Below, in pieces: positions 17,403-18,719 of a DNA stretch of 18,719 bases (position 1 is the stretch's first letter; each line of letters starts with the position of its first letter). A program made the translations under genes and the position numbers. Origin of the DNA: Fidelibacterota bacterium (lineage in GTDB: Bacteria > Fidelibacterota > Marinisomatia > Marinisomatales > TCS55); contig JAPNQO010000054.1 in assembly GCA_027251445.1 (NCBI GenBank), positions 1-18,719 of the forward strand, written 5' to 3'. The notes under the pieces were generated by a model. That model saw only the letters and a program-made list of their open reading frames with translations, searched no databases and was not told the DNA's origin.

Positions 17403-17432
17403 AACGTAATATCGTCAGTAGCAAAATGTCAA
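17403..17432 (-). promoter_or_regulatory. Putative strong promoter for the 75-aa gene
   Basis: Minus strand: perfect TTGACA (17432-17427), 18-nt spacer, TACGTT (17408-17403). Confidence 0.6.
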
Positions 17433-17468
17433 GAAATTTCTCGTCGAACGCCCGTCGGTAAATTTTAC

Positions 17469-18539
17469 CTAATTTTCTTTCCATTCACATATAAATAGAT
17501 TTGTATCTCCTTGTTTCTTCTGATTTCTGTTTGAAGCAAAAACAAGATACTTCCCATTTGGACTAAACATAGGAAAGCCATCAAAACCTTCGAAATAAGT
17601 TATTCTTTCCAACCCACTTCCATCTAGATTAATGGAGTACAAATCAAAATCACGACCTTTTGGATCATGCATATTTGATGAAAAAATAATTTGATTATCT
17701 TTAGGGAAAAAGATTGGTCCAAAATTTGCAGCACTATTATTAGTTATCTGCTTCTTATTTGAACCATCTGCATTCATTACCCATAGCTGCAAAGCCATTG
17801 GACGAATTGAGTTTTCAGATAGTAAATATTTATAATCAGAAACTTCTTTTTCTGTTTGCGGATAATATGCTCTCCAAATAATCTTTGACCCATCATGACT
17901 ATAGAATGCTCCGCCATCATACCCTAATCTATCAGTTAGTTGTTTTTTATCAGAACCATCTGAATTCATTGTCCATAATTCTAGATCACCACTAATTAAT
18001 GAAGTATAAATAATTTTTTTTCCATCAAAAGAATATGTTGCTTCCGCATCATATCCAGGTGATGAAGTTAAAGGAGTGGGATTCGATCCATTTAATTCAG
18101 CAGAAAAAATATCATAACCAGGATATAACTTCCATACATACCCCCTACTATAATCTGGTTTTGGAGGACATGCTGAATCATCAAGGAAAGTAGATGAGTA
18201 AATTATTTTTTCTGCATTAGGATATTGAAAAAAACTACATGTAGTTACCCCTTGGCCATTTGAAACAAGATCAATTTCTCTTGTTTCAATATTCATTATA
18301 TAAATCTGATCACATAAATCATCGCCATCATGACCTTGGAAAATTAATTTTTTCCCATCTGGACTGAAATATGCTTCCGCGTTTTCTCCAGAAAATGTTA
18401 ATTGGGATATATTTTTAAAATGGTCTTCCCCGTTTATAATTAATGAATTATTGTATGATAGGTTTAGGTATTGTTCTTTTTGAGCAGTACAACTCATAAA
18501 AAAAATATTGATAATTAAAATATATAAAATGGGCAACAT
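17469..18539 (-). CDS. TolB-like beta-propeller (PD40 repeat) lipoprotein
   Basis: Repeats AEAYFSPDGKKLIF, AEATYSFDGKKIIY, GGAFYSHDGSKIIW, GFPMFSPNGKYLVFASNR; lipobox-like FMSC at Cys17; no tolQRA or pal nearby. Confidence 0.88.
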   Translation of the reverse strand: MLPILYILIINIFFMSCTAQKEQYLNLSYNNSLIINGEDHFKNISQLTFSGENAEAYFSPDGKKLIFQGHDGDDLCDQIYIMNIETREIDLVSNGQGVTTCSFFQYPNAEKIIYSSTFLDDSACPPKPDYSRGYVWKLYPGYDIFSAELNGSNPTPLTSSPGYDAEATYSFDGKKIIYTSLISGDLELWTMNSDGSDKKQLTDRLGYDGGAFYSHDGSKIIWRAYYPQTEKEVSDYKYLLSENSIRPMALQLWVMNADGSNKKQITNNSAANFGPIFFPKDNQIIFSSNMHDPKGRDFDLYSINLDGSGLERITYFEGFDGFPMFSPNGKYLVFASNRNQKKQGDTNLFICEWKEN

Positions 18540-18584
18540 ACTTCTCTTTCTAACTTAATATATAAGAATACATAAATATCAATA

Positions 18585-18719
18585 CTAATGAATGATTTTT
18601 TCAATTTGATTATTTGCGTCTTTAAAAAGATCATGAGTATGCAAGTATTTGAATTGAGCACTTCTTCCTAGTAAATGCAAATTTTTGAATTGTTCTAAAT
18701 AGCGAAAAACTTTTTTAAT
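18585..18719 (-). CDS. C-terminus of an FAD-dependent oxidoreductase (UDP-galactopyranose mutase/HemY-like family), partial
   Basis: Not in the ORF track. Manual translation IKKVFRYLEQFKNLHLLGRSAQFKYLHTHDLFKDANNQIEKIIH* resembles the family's C-terminal NL...GR.g.f.Y...D motif. Confidence 0.65.
   Translation of the reverse strand: MKKVFRYLEQFKNLHLLGRSAQFKYLHTHDLFKDANNQIEKIIH

Noticed and set aside
17469..18539. Calling this gene tolB
   Set aside because: It lacks the TolB N-terminal domain and tolQRA-pal context; only the PD40 propeller is supported.
1..18719. CRISPR arrays, tRNA/rRNA, IS elements, prophage or defence genes
   Set aside because: No spaced repeats, cloverleaf-like segments, transposase or integrase motifs were seen, and all intergenic gaps are under 180 bp.

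Overview
AT-rich bacterial core-genome window. Gene content and protein style suggest an FCB-superphylum organism such as Marinisomatota/SAR406; this is inference only. The left 7.7 kb is one tightly packed minus-strand run: parA-parB-M23 peptidase-bactofilin-atpZ-atpI-atpB-E-F-H-A-G, with atpG truncated at the window edge. A divergent plus-strand run follows: tdh-kbl (threonine catabolism), secD-secF, ogt, DUF502 and plsY. It converges on a minus-strand set: the 3' end of an FAD-dependent oxidoreductase, a TolB-like PD40 lipoprotein, a stand-alone 75-aa basic tandem-repeat protein with its own promoter, RBS and terminator, an unknown lipoprotein, and a single-POTRA Omp85 protein. No rRNA, tRNA, CRISPR or mobile element was seen. 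The most notable observations are: (1) the small tandem-repeat basic protein, a candidate nucleic-acid-binding or nucleoid protein; (2) a bactofilin-M23 cell-shape module embedded between parAB and the ATP synthase genes; (3) an atypical Fo sector, with a second Glu plus Asn/Pro in c-subunit helix 2 and an insertion in subunit a; (4) an RBS-occluding alternative hairpin before the Omp85 gene.
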